From: Rebecca billardiae RCC1528 | Lineage: Eukaryota; Protista; Haptophyta | Direction of reading: 5' to 3' | Length of the DNA: 64,000 nt | NCBI GenBank assembly: GCA_965240325.2 | Contig: OZ251244.1 | Coordinates: forward strand, 1,351,379 to 1,415,378 | Shown: in pieces, positions 53,448 to 63,928 of the stretch | Position numbering within the stretch: the stretch's first letter is position 1 | How the letters are laid out: every line of letters begins with the position of its first letter | Notes under the pieces: generated by a model | What the model saw: only the letters and a program-made list of their open reading frames with translations | What the model was told of the DNA's origin: nothing | Databases searched by the model: none | Made by a program: the position numbers and the translations under genes

Positions 53448-55067
53448 ATGGCCCTCGGCACCTCGCGCATCTCGGCTGCACGCGCGGCCCCGCTGCTCGC
53501 GCTCGCGCTCGCGTGCGTGCCCGCGCCCCTCCTCGCCCTGCCGCTCGGCGATGCGGCGGCTGCGCGCTCGGCGCACACGCGTCACGTGCGAGCGCGCGCC
53601 CTGCTCGCGGCGGCCGCGGCTGACGAGCTGCACGACGGCACGGCCGCGGCGGCGTGCGACGGCGGCGCGTGCGAGACGAACGCGACGGCCGCCTCCACGC
53701 CCCAAGACGACGCGAAGTCCTCCGACAACTCCACCGAGCACGCGGCCGCGCCTGCCCCGCCGACGCCGCCCAATCGCACGGCGCGCGAGCCGAGCGCCCC
53801 CGCGGCTGCAGACGAGACGCTGCCGACGGAGGGCGATGCTGGCGAGCCCGAGGCGCACGACGAGCGGCTGGAGACGGCGCTGTGCCTCCAGCGCATCGGC
53901 TGGGAGGACGAGCACTTCCTCCGCTCGCCCGAGACGGTGCTCGAGAAGCTCGGCCTTGCGGCGGTGGTGCTCCTGGCCGCGGCGGGCACCATGGCCATGG
54001 GCTGGCTGGTGATGCGGGCGTATCGCCGCGACGGCTGGGAGCCCTTCACGAAGGCGGCGATGATGCTCGGCGGCGCGCTGCTCGCAACCACCGACGGCGT
54101 GACGGACGTGCTGCTCGCGACCGAGTGGTACCGCTGCGGCCACCACGTCTGGGCGGCGATCGCGCTCGGCTGCGTCGGGCTGAACACGCTGGCGGCGCTC
54201 GTCTTCGGCGTGGTGATGGGCGCCATCCCTGGCGAGAACTCGAGCTGCAGCGAGCGCGCCGGGGCGGCCGTGACGAGCGTGCTGCAGCTCGGCGCCGTGC
54301 ACGCGGCGGTGGTGCGCGTGTGGCGCGGCGAGCACGTCGACCCATTTGAGGCTTCGGCTGTGCTCTACCTCAAGCTGCTTGAGGTGGCGCTCGAGGCTGC
54401 ACCGCAGGTGTTCGTGCAGGGGTACGTGCTGATGTGGCTGGGCGCGGAGCGCGCGTCGGCGCTGTCGTGGGTCTCGCTCGTCGTCTCCGTCGCGGGCATG
54501 AGCCTCGTGCTCGGTGGTGTTAACGCAGAGTGGATGCGCGACGCAAACTACCCCGGCGCGCGCGACGGCAGCGGGGGGGGCGGCGGCTGCGCGGTGTGGG
54601 CGGCGCGCGCGCTCGGTCCGCTGCCCGGCGTGGTGAGCCGCGCGCTGCCGATCGCGCTGTTCGGCTGTGCGCTCGGCAACTGGCTGGCGCTGCCGCTGCT
54701 CGGCGCGTTTGCCGTGCTCGTCGCCCTCGTGCGCTCCGCAATGAAGGAGGCAAGCGGGTGTGGGGCGTGGGGCGCTGCCGTGCTCGCCTCCTTCCTCTAT
54801 TACGCGGCCACGCCCCTCGTGTACCTGCAGGGCGCCTCCAGCGCGCGCGGCGAGGCGCGCATCGTCGCGTGGACGGCGGCAGTCGAGCTCGCGCTCGGCG
54901 CCGCCGCGCTCGGCGCGCCGTCGCCCTGGCGCGCCGCGCAGCCCACAGGCTTGCTGGTGGGCGCCGCGTGTCTGTTTGGCGTGTGCTGGCTGGGCCGGCT
55001 GGGCACAGCAGCTGTGCTGCTGCGTGCCAAGGCGGACCATAGGGGGGAGACGCTGGCGCTGCTCTGA
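53448..55067 (+). CDS. XK-related (XKR scramblase-like) membrane protein with signal peptide and low-complexity ectodomain
   Basis: DGVTDVLLATEWY...W and LKLLEVALEAAPQVFVQGY (XK family D..D and E..PQ motifs), SLVVSV; multiple TM helices. Confidence 0.75.
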   Translation: MALGTSRISAARAAPLLALALACVPAPLLALPLGDAAAARSAHTRHVRARALLAAAAADELHDGTAAAACDGGACETNATAASTPQDDAKSSDNSTEHAAAPAPPTPPNRTAREPSAPAAADETLPTEGDAGEPEAHDERLETALCLQRIGWEDEHFLRSPETVLEKLGLAAVVLLAAAGTMAMGWLVMRAYRRDGWEPFTKAAMMLGGALLATTDGVTDVLLATEWYRCGHHVWAAIALGCVGLNTLAALVFGVVMGAIPGENSSCSERAGAAVTSVLQLGAVHAAVVRVWRGEHVDPFEASAVLYLKLLEVALEAAPQVFVQGYVLMWLGAERASALSWVSLVVSVAGMSLVLGGVNAEWMRDANYPGARDGSGGGGGCAVWAARALGPLPGVVSRALPIALFGCALGNWLALPLLGAFAVLVALVRSAMKEASGCGAWGAAVLASFLYYAATPLVYLQGASSARGEARIVAWTAAVELALGAAALGAPSPWRAAQPTGLLVGAACLFGVCWLGRLGTAAVLLRAKADHRGETLALL

Positions 55068-55559
55068 TGAGCGCAGCAGCAGCAACCCTCAGCAGCAGCA
55101 AGCAATGTACACGGTGCGGCGACTCTTCGGACGCCGCCGAGTGTCCAGCGCGGGAGCAACGAACAGTAGCGCAGTACCGTCGTCGGGACGACCGTCACCG
55201 TGCGGGCCGCATCCGATAGCAGCGCAGACCATCCGATAGCAGCGCAGGGCGACGGGTTGGGCTGGCCGAAGCGGCGATGACGGGCTGCGCGTCTATCGAC
55301 GAGCCTTCAGGTTGTGTATAAGTCACTGTTGCACAGCCGATATGATGCAGCTTACTCGCGCGGTGGGGCCGTTGTGTGAGCCAGCGTCACGCTGCGCGCG
55401 CTCCGCTGCTGCACAAGGGCCGCAGTGGCCGCGCCACGAGTACGGCTGAGCGCCCGCCGACTGCCGAGTGCTGCTGCAGAGTATACTACTGCTGCCAGTC
55501 GGCCCGGACGCGCAAAGCTAGCCAGCGCCGGACGGAGGTGGGCATTGCGCCCCGGGAGC

Positions 55560-58435
55560 GCAGCAGCCGACCCAGCGCCTCGTCCTCGTCGAAGCTGCCC
55601 CCTCCCCGGCCCCCCATCTTGCCCTTCATCCAACCTGCGCCTGGTGCGCGTAGTGAGCTGCTCAACCGCTCTTGGCGCACTCAGCCGTCCCGCGTACGAT
55701 ACGCGCCCACTGCTGACTGCAGTGCAGCTGGTCGCGCCTCACGTCGAGAGAGCGGGCGCGCCTCACCGCGAGCGCGGGCACGTGGCGGTCGAGACGAGCA
55801 AACTCGAGCGCGATCATTTCGGGCCAGCGGCGGTGAGCAGCAGTCGCACAGACGCCGCCCTGTCCCACCGCGCCGGAAGGCACGACATCGCCACTTGCGT
55901 CTGGCAGGCCGCCCTCGTCCGGGCGCAGTCTTGGTGGGGCGGGTTGGGCGGATCAGCGACGACAGGCGTCTGCTGGCGAGGCTTCGCCGCATCATGCGCA
56001 TCATCTAGTCAAGCGCAGCCATCGCCCGCGTCCGCGCCTGCCGCCGCCATTTGTGGTCTCAGTTGCCGCGCACGGCGTGCCGACCACGTGGCAGCTGCTG
56101 GCCTCTGCCTTCCAGCGCTGGCGAGGCGCGATGAACCGCGGCGCAGCAAGCGGCGGTCAAGCCGAGCGCGAGGCGTGGAGCCCCGCGGGCTGCCCGTTTG
56201 AGGGCGCATGCGACGAGCCAGGCTCGGGCCGCGGTTGCGGCACCCAGGCTGCGTCCGGAGAAGTGCCGGCTCCGTCGAGCACGCGCTTCCGGGCCAGGCT
56301 GCTCGCCCATGCCGTGCTCCTCGGCTGGGATCGGCCATCCGCGCAGCACGCGGCGCCACGGCCGAGATCGAGACGCGGCGCCCCGCGGGATGCCCGCGCA
56401 GGCCCGCACTGGCTGGCGACGCTCCGCGATCGAGCCTTCGCGGCCGTGCCGACGCCGCGTCTGTGGCAGCGCGCCGCCGCCACCGGCTTCTCGGGGGGGG
56501 GCGCCCGCGCGCGCGATGGCGACGCGCGGGGTGGGCCAGCCGAGCGACAGCAGCGCATGCCGGTCGGCGGCGCGTGGCACGAGAGCGTTGCGGCCGCGTG
56601 GCTGGCGCCACGCACCGGCCCAGCCTGCCCCCGCCCCCGCGCCCCCATCTTCCACCTCGTCCGAGCTGACTCGGGTGCGCGCCATCACGGCCGCTAGCTG
56701 CCGGATGCCGCTGGTCGGTCGCGCGCGCGCCTCACGTCGAAGGAGCGGGCGGCGCGCCTTGCCGCGGCACGAGCGCATGGAGGCCAAGACGAGCACTTTC
56801 GAGCACGCCCACCGCGGGCCGGTCAGCGGTGGCGAGCAGCATCCGCGTAACCGCCTCCCTGCTCCACCTTGCAGGTCGCCCTCGCTGCATCTCCTGGCTC
56901 CTCGCTCGGCGGCGAGCTCGGGCGAAGTGCGCGGCGCGGCCGACGGCGGCAGTGCGTGCAATCGAGACGCGAGTGCATCCTCCCACCACGCGCGCTCGAC
57001 CGCCCGGTCGCGCGCGGCCGCGCGCGGCCGGCAGCGCGCGCTCGGCCGAGCGGCCAACACCGATTGACGGGAGGTGGCAGACGGTCGCGATGGCAGGCGC
57101 GTGGGGCGGTGCGAGGCGGTCGGGGCGCGCTGGGCACATGCTGCTCGTCGGCCCCTCTCGCGCGCCGCTGCCGCGCCGGCGTGCGCGCGCGCACCCGAGC
57201 GCACGACGGCCGCCGGGGCGTCCATCGCATGCGGCCGCCATCCTCGTCGCAGGCCGGCTTCCCCGAGCGAGATCGCCGCGTGAATGTGATCGCCCCTCCC
57301 CGCCTCCCGGTCTGAATTCGAGCATGCGATGGCGGCCCCGGTGCATGCCCGGGCGTGCCGGTGGCGTGCGCGGTGGCGGCGGCCCCGTCGCTCGCCGCGT
57401 GCGCGGCGCGGCAGGGGGCCTGCCAGGGCGCGGCACGCGCCGCCGCCGCAGCCGCCGCTCAGGGCCGCGCGCGCGGTCGCGCTCGGCTCCCGACAGCGCG
57501 CCGCGTGCGCCCGCACGCCGAGCGCGCGCCGCGCGCGCGCCGAGCGCGCGCCGAGCGAGGCGGCGCGAGCCGCGTGGGGGCAGAGCCTCCTTGCCGCCTC
57601 ACGCCGCGCGCGCGCTGGGCCGATGCGCTCGCGCCGCGTCCGCTCTCCATCGGCCCGCGCGGTGACTCTTGCTGCTGCCGCTGCGGCGGTCGCAGCCGCG
57701 CGATGTGCCGAGCAGCGCGTCGCGGCGCTTGGCGACGCGCTCGTCGCCACGCGCCTCTATGACGGGCGCGCCCCGCCGCGCGCAAACCGCACCCCACGAG
57801 GCCGCCGCGGCTGCACCGCGCTCGCTTCGAGCCGGCGCGCGCTGGACGCGAGCGTCTGCTGCTGCTACTGGCTGGTGTGTCCGTGGCCGCGCGCCGCGCC
57901 GAGCAGCGCATGGCGCCGGCCGATCGCGCGGCTCTCGTGCCGTGGTACGTTTGCGTCCACGTCCCGCCGCGCGAACCCCCGCTCCGCCGAGGCGCCAGCG
58001 GCCGCGCCGCGCTCGAGCCCAGCGCGCGGCGCGCGTGCCCGCCGAGGGCTGCTGCTGCGGGCGGCGGTTGCCGAGTGCTGCCCCGCGCGGGCCCGCGCGC
58101 CGGGCAGCTGCGGGCATGGAGCGCCACAGCCGTCCCAGCGCCCCGCCCTCGGTCAAAGCTACCCCCGGCCCGGCCCCCCATCTTGCTACTCGTCCGACCT
58201 GCGCCTGGTGCGCGCAGTGAGCGCCAGCCGCTGCGACGACCAGGCCCCTCACCGTGCGTGAGCGCCGGCTCTCGGCGCACTGCCGCCCTCCGGGTGCAGT
58301 CGGGTGTGTGTGTGTGGGATGGGTGGCGGATCGGCGACGACAGGCGTTTGCTGGCGAGCCTTGCCTGCGTCGTCCGCGTCCTCTAGCCAAGCCGCCATCG
58401 CCCGCGCCAGTGCCCTCGCCGCCATTTGTAGTCTC
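55560..58435. repeat. Subtelomeric non-coding region with degenerate internal duplication
   Basis: 55570-55660 resembles 58135-58222; 55940-56060 resembles 58320-58435. No credible ORF. Confidence 0.6.
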
Positions 58436-58569
58436 CACAGTGCAGAATCGGGATTTTCCATGACGTTCCGGTCGGTCCGCAGCCCGGAGTCGCTCAGATC
58501 GCCATCTGGGAGGGTTGCCAACCGGCCGCGCGCCTTCCGCCAACCTTCGCGAGCCGCGGGCGGAAGAGC

Positions 58570-59731
58570 TTGCCCCCAAAAGCAGCGCGCGCGCACGCGG
58601 CCAAGAACGGCGCGGGGGCGCGCGGGCCTGACTACGCGTTCGAGTGGGGTGCTGATCTCGTCCGCGCAGCGCGCGAGTTCTCCCTCGACACCGGATGGAT
58701 GGCCCGCTTTCGCCGTCACAGCAAGCACGGTGCGCGCCGCGCTGCTCGCTGGCGCGCCGCGCGCGAGTGCGACCGAGCCTGATGCCTCAGCAGACGTGGC
58801 AGGTGGCTCGCGCAGGGTGGGATTGTGTGCGGGTGCCGCTGGCGGTGCGTCTCACCCTCCTGAAATTGTGTGGGAGGCTGTGAAATTGCACGCGTACACT
58901 GAACTGCGTCTCGGCCCGCATGCGCTCGCATCGCCGCGCCGCGCAGGCTCAGACTGGAGCAAGGACTACAAGCGCCGGCCGCGGCGGAAGGCGGCGGGCA
59001 AGGCGCGCGGGGGCAAGCGCGGCCGGCCGCGCCTGCCGCCGCCGCCAGCCCACAAGGTTCTCGCGCTGATCAACGTGGATTTGCACATCTCGGGTCTGCG
59101 CAGGCGAATCTGGACCGCCCTTCAGCAGGTGCGTTTCAAGGCCTGCCGTGGCTTCGTTCGGGGGGTTTGGGACCCGTACGATTTCCCGGTGTTCGCGCAC
59201 ATGGTGGAGGCTCTGCTGGGCAAGCGCCCGCAGGCTTTGATCGACGACCGAGCGGAGGAGGCCTCCGACCTGCACTCGGCGGTGCGCGACGTCTTCACGA
59301 TCGATCTGACGGACCCGAAGGTGCTCGAGAGCGTCTGTGGCTTCCACACGTCGATCCCGCGCACAAAGACGGCGGTGGGGAACGCGCGCCGCACGCCGAT
59401 GGGCAACTACAACGTGCTCGTGCGCCTGCGCCTCACTCACACGAGGAAGCGCCGGCCGACGACCATCGGGCGGAGGGAGTGGCTGCAATGGGAGGCGTGG
59501 GCCGCGACGCTGCACACCGACGGCCGCATCTCGATGCCGACGGGCCTGGAGAAGGAGCTGCGCGCGAAGCAGCTGCGGCGGCTGAAGGAGCGGCTGCGAA
59601 CGATTCCGTACCAGGCGGGGCAGCGGGGCCAGCAGTACGACTCTCGCTTGGACGCCATCTGCCAGACCATCCTTCGGCAGGACCGGCAGGCGCGGCTGCA
59701 GCAGTCGGCGAGCGGCCCGGCCGAGATGTGA
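58570..59731 (+). CDS. Element E gene, part 1: basic protein of unknown family (probable intron 58730-58946)
   Basis: Phase-1 GT-AG intron joins ...FRRHSKH-G-SDWSKDYKRRPRRK in frame. NLS/AT-hook-like KRGRPR and a globular-looking region (FVRGVWDPYDFPVFAHMVEALL...WLQWEAW). Start codon not identified. Confidence 0.6.
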
Positions 59732-60840
59732 GCGCGCGCGGCGCGGGCGCGGGTGCCCAGCTGGGCGCGGGCCGGGTGGACGCAGCCGCGGGTACGTCGC
59801 CGCGACGCGCGCGGCGCGCGCGCACCGGCGCGTCTTCGCGCGCGCTCACGCGCCCCATCGCCCGCGCGAGCCCGAGCCCGCCCGCGCTCACCGCCGCCCG
59901 CCGCCCCCGCGCCGCGCGCCACCCCCGCGCCGCGGCCGCACGCTCTCGCGCAGGCGCGCTCAGCGCGCTCGGCGCGAGCGCGGGTGCCCAGCTGGGCGCG
60001 GTCGGGGTGGACGCAGCCGCGGGTACGTCGGCGCGACGCGCGCGGCGCGCGCGCGCAGGCGCGTCTTCGCGCGCGCCCGCGCGCCCCGTCGCCCGCCCGC
60101 GCCCGCGCCCGCCCGCGCTCACCGCCGCGCGCCGCCCCCGCGCCGCGGTCGCGCGCGCTCGCGCGCAGGCGCGCTCAGCGCGCGCGGCGCGAGCGCGGGC
60201 GCCCAGCCGGGCGCGGGCCGGGTGGACTCAGCCGCGGGTACGTCGACGCGCCGCGCGCGCCACGCGCGCGCCGCCGCGCGCGCGCAGGCGCGTCTTCGCG
60301 CGCGCCCGCGCGCCCCGTCGCCCGCCCGCGCCCGCGCCCGCCCGCGCTCACCGCCGCGCGCCGCCCCCGCGCCGCGGTCGCGCGCGCTCGCGCGCAGGCG
60401 CGCTCAGCGCGCGCGGCGCGAGCGCAGGCGCCCAGCCGGGCGCGGGCCGGGTGGACGCAGCCGCGGGTACGTCGACGCGCGCGGCGCGCGCGCGCGGGCT
60501 CGTCCTCGCGCACGCCCACGCGCCCCGCCGCCCGCGCCCGCCCGCGCTCACCGCCGCCCGCCGCTCCGGCGTTGCGCGCCGCGCTACACGCCGCGCCTGC
60601 GCGACGGCGGCAGGTGCGCCGAGCGCACGCGACGCGAGCGCGGGCGCTCAGGTGGGCGTAGGTGGGATGGACGCAGCCGCGGGTACGTCGGCGCGACGCG
60701 CGCGGCGCGCACGCGCCGGCGCGTCTTCGCGCGCGCCCGCGCGCCCCGTCGCCCGCCCGCGCCCGCGCCCGCCCACGCTCACCGCCGCGCGCCGCGCGCC
60801 GCCCCCGCGCTGCGCAGCGGCCGCGCGTGCTCGCGCGCAG
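59730..60840 (+). repeat. Tandem array of five ~215-230 bp units
   Basis: Anchor GGAC(G/T)CAGCCGCGGGTACGTCG recurs at ~59778, 60009, 60224, 60453 and 60669. Confidence 0.9.
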
Positions 60841-61920
60841 GCGTGAGCGCCGGTGCTGGGTCGTCGGGCTTGCCCGACGACCCCGGTGCGCGTGCGACAG
60901 GGCACGGCTCGTCCAAGAGGCGGTGGCGGCGGCAAACCCCTGGCTTCAACACGCGGTCGAAGCGGGCAAGATCGATCCGCGCCGCCAAGGCAAAGGCATC
61001 ACACGAACAGCAGTCTGACACAGACGACTGCGCGCCCGACGAGCCGCCACCCGGCGATGCTGCCGTCAACCCGGCGCAGCCGATCGAGGTGGACGCAGAC
61101 GGGCCGGCGTCGCCGCCAGCCATGCCGGCCCCGCCAACCCCGCCCACGGTGCCGGCCGCTGCCGCCGCCGCCGCCGTCGCCTCCCCGCCGTCGTCGCCGC
61201 CGCCGTTCGCCTCCCCGCTGCCGGCGGTCACGCGCTCTCGCGCCGCGCTCGGCCACCACGACGAGAATTACGAGCCGCCGCTGCCGCGCGACCTGGGCAT
61301 GACCACCGCCGAGTACAACGACAAGCTGGTGCTCGAGCTGAAGAAGCAGCGCCACGTGGTGGCCGACTTGCACGACAAGCTCGTCGCTCTGCAGGCGCTC
61401 GTCGACGTCGGCACGCCCGACACGCTCAACACCACCGTGGAGACGTACCAGACGGCCTTGCACCGCGCTGCCGAGCTCGAGGCGACGATGGAGCTGCGCG
61501 ACCGGCTGATCGAGGAGCTGCGGAAGGAGGCGGCGGTGTCGGAGCAGGAGAAGATGGACTTGCTGGGCCGCGTGTCCCTCCTGGACGAGGACGTGCGCCG
61601 TCTCGAGTCGACCGTCCACTCGCTGGTCCCAAAGCTGGCTTTGGTCGAGGCCGAGCTCACCGAGGTGATGGCCGAGGTGAGTTTGACGAGGACGCGCGAC
61701 GACAAGATGCTGGCCAAGGTGGCGACGCTCGAGAGGAAGTTGAAGGACGCGCAGGGGGAGTGCAGGCGGGCATCTGACCGAGCTCGGAAGGCGCAAGCTC
61801 GTCGCGCCGGCCAGACCGAGCAGGTCGCGGCCAATCACGCCATCGACCCGTCGGCCAACCCGCTCCGCGTGATCGGCGGGCAGCACTCGCAGCATCCGCG
61901 CGCCGTGCGGCAGCGCGGCT
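60841..61920 (+). CDS. Element E gene, part 2: Pro-rich plus long coiled-coil protein, truncated at the chromosome end
   Basis: After a GCAG acceptor at 60840: basic NLS-like tract, Pro-rich linker, heptad-rich segment (LVLELKKQRHVVADLHDKLVALQ...LERKLKDAQ). The frame runs without a stop into the AT-rich module and telomere repeats. Confidence 0.65.
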
Positions 61921-61931
61921 TAGAAGTATGT

Positions 61932-62044
61932 TTTCTCGAGATTGACCGAGCCAAATTCTCTCAAAATTGGAGGGCCCTTAGCCCTTCCCATTTCCATGGC
62001 AGAGCCCAAGTCTCGTTGAAATCAGTTCGGTCAATCTCGAGAAA
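61932..62044. repeat. Perfect 18-bp inverted repeat with 77-bp spacer (MITE-like or hairpin module)
   Basis: TTTCTCGAGATTGACCGA (61932-61949) / TCGGTCAATCTCGAGAAA (62027-62044); abrupt GC drop relative to upstream sequence. Confidence 0.85.
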
Positions 62045-62065
62045 TTCTCATTTTAGTACTGGCGA

Positions 62066-62166
62066 CCCTAACCACCACCCTAACCCTAACCCTTACCTGC
62101 GCCCTAACCCTTACCTGCGCCCTAACCCTTACCTGCGCCCTAACCCTTACCTGCGCCCTAACCCTA
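62066..62166. repeat. Reverse-oriented telomere-variant array, (CCCTAACCCTTACCTGCG)x4
   Basis: Four exact 18-bp units at 62084-62155 flanked by CCCTAA units. Confidence 0.95.
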
Positions 62167-62378
62167 GGTTAGGGTTAGGGTTAGGGTTAGGGTTAGGGTT
62201 AGGGTTAGGGTTAGGGTTAGGGTTAGGGTTAGGGTTAGGGTTAGGGTTAGGGTTAGGGTTAGGGTTAGGGTTAGGGTTAGGGTTAGGGTTAGGGTTAGGG
62301 TTAGGGTTAGGGTTAGGGTTAGGGTTAGGGTTAGGGTTAGGGTTAGGGTTAGGGTTAGGGTTAGGGTTAGGGTTAGGG

Positions 62379-62419
<41 letters not shown>

Positions 62420-62818
62420 GGGTTAGGGTTAGGGGTTAGGGTTAGGGTTAGGGTTAGGGTTAGGGTTAGGGGGTTAGGGTTAGGGTTAGGGTTAGGGTTA
62501 GGGTTAGGGTTAGGGTTAGGGTTAGGGGTTAGGGTTAGGGTTAGGGTTAGGGTTAGGGTTAGGGTTAGGGTTAGGGTTAGGGGTTAGGGTTAGGGTTAAA
62601 GGTTAGGGGTTAGGGTTAGGGTTAGGGTTAGGGTTAGGGTTAGGGTTAGGGTTAGGGTTAGGGTTAGGGTTAGGGTTAGGGTTAGGGTTAGGGTTAGGGG
62701 TTAGGGTTAGGGTTAGGGGTTAGGGTTAGGGTTAGGGTTAGGGTTAGGGTTAGGGTTAGGGTTAGGGTTAGGGTTAGGGTTAGGGTAGGGTTAGGGTTAG
62801 GGTTAGGGTTAGGGTTAG

Positions 62819-62856
<38 letters not shown>

Positions 62857-63002
62857 GGTTAGGGTTAGGGTTAGGGTAGGGTTAGGGTTAGGGTAGGGTT
62901 AGGGTTAGGGTTAGGGTTAGGGTTAGGGTTAGGGTTAGGGTTAGGGTTAGGGTTAGGGTTAGGGTTAGGGGTTGGGGTTAGGGTTAGGGTTAGGGTTAGG
63001 GG

Positions 63003-63043
<41 letters not shown>

Positions 63044-63887
63044 GGTTAGGGTTAGGGTTAGGGTTAGGGTTAGGGTTAGGGTTAGGGTTAGGGGTTAGGG
63101 TTAGGGTTAGGGTTAGGGTTAGGGTTAGGGTTAGGGTTAGGGGTTAGGGTTAGGGGTTAGGGGTAGGGTTAGGGTTAGGGGTTAGGGTTAGGGGTTAGGG
63201 TTAGGGTTAGGGTTAGGGTTAGGGGTTAGGGTTAGGGTTAGGGTTAGGGTTAGGGTTAGGGGTTAGGGTTAGGGTTAGGGGTTGGGGTTAGGGGTTAGGG
63301 TTAGGGTTAGGGTTAGGGTTAGGGTTAGGGTTAGGGGTTAGGGTTGGGTTAGGGGTTAGGGTTAGGGTTAGGGTTAGGGTTAGGGTTAGGGTTAGGGTTA
63401 GGGTTAGGGTTAGGGGTTAGGGTTAGGGTTAGGGTTAGGGGTTAGGGGTTAGGGTTGGGTTAGGGTTAGGGTTAGGGTTAGGGTTAGGGTTAGGGGGTTA
63501 GGGTTAGGGTTAGGGTTAGGGTTGGGTTAGGGTTAGGGTTAGGGTTAGGGTTAGGGTTAGGGTTAGGGTTAGGGTTAGGGTTAGGGTTAGGGTTAGGGTT
63601 AGGGTTAGGGTTAGGGTTAGGGTTAGGGTTAGGGGTTAGGGTTAGGGTTAGGGGGGTTAGGGTTAGGGTTAGGGTTAGGGTTAGGGTTAGGGGTTAGGGG
63701 TTAGGGGTTAGGGGTTAGGGTTAGGGTTAGGGTTAGGGTTAGGGTTAGGGTTAGGGTTAGGGTTAGGGTTAGGGGTTAGGGGTTAGGGTTAGGGTTAGGG
63801 TTAGGGGTTAGGGTTAGGGTTAGGGTTAGGGTTAGGGGTTAGGGTTAGGGTTAGGGTTAGGGTTAGGGTTAGGGGTTAGGGTTAGGG

Positions 63888-63928
<41 letters not shown>

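Larger units (their letters stand above)
58436..61920 (+). mobile_element. Element E: second CACAGTG-ended element (family of A), gene-containing, distal end missing
   Basis: Begins CACAGTGCAGAATCGGGATTTTCCATGACG, colinear with the right end of A for ~460 bp. It interrupts the subtelomeric duplication exactly after GTCTC (empty site ...ttgtggtctc|agttg at 56060). No CACTGTG partner end seen before the telomere; the distal boundary is a guess. Confidence 0.65.

Noticed and set aside
51354-55085. 1243-aa and 1114-aa overlapping ORFs as bidirectionally coding sequence
   Set aside because: Each is a real gene extended by the antisense read of its head-to-head neighbour.
58770-58899. Hammerhead ribozyme in the conserved block
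   Set aside because: The core reads CTGATGC rather than CUGAUGA and I could not build the required stems.
62084-62155. CRISPR-like array (also considered for 59730-60840)
   Set aside because: Contiguous tandem units without unique spacers, no cas genes, eukaryotic context.
58436-62166. Telomere-associated Penelope-like (Athena-type) or other retroelement
   Set aside because: No reverse transcriptase motifs; ORFs point toward the telomere; the proximal boundary is a DNA-transposon-type TIR.
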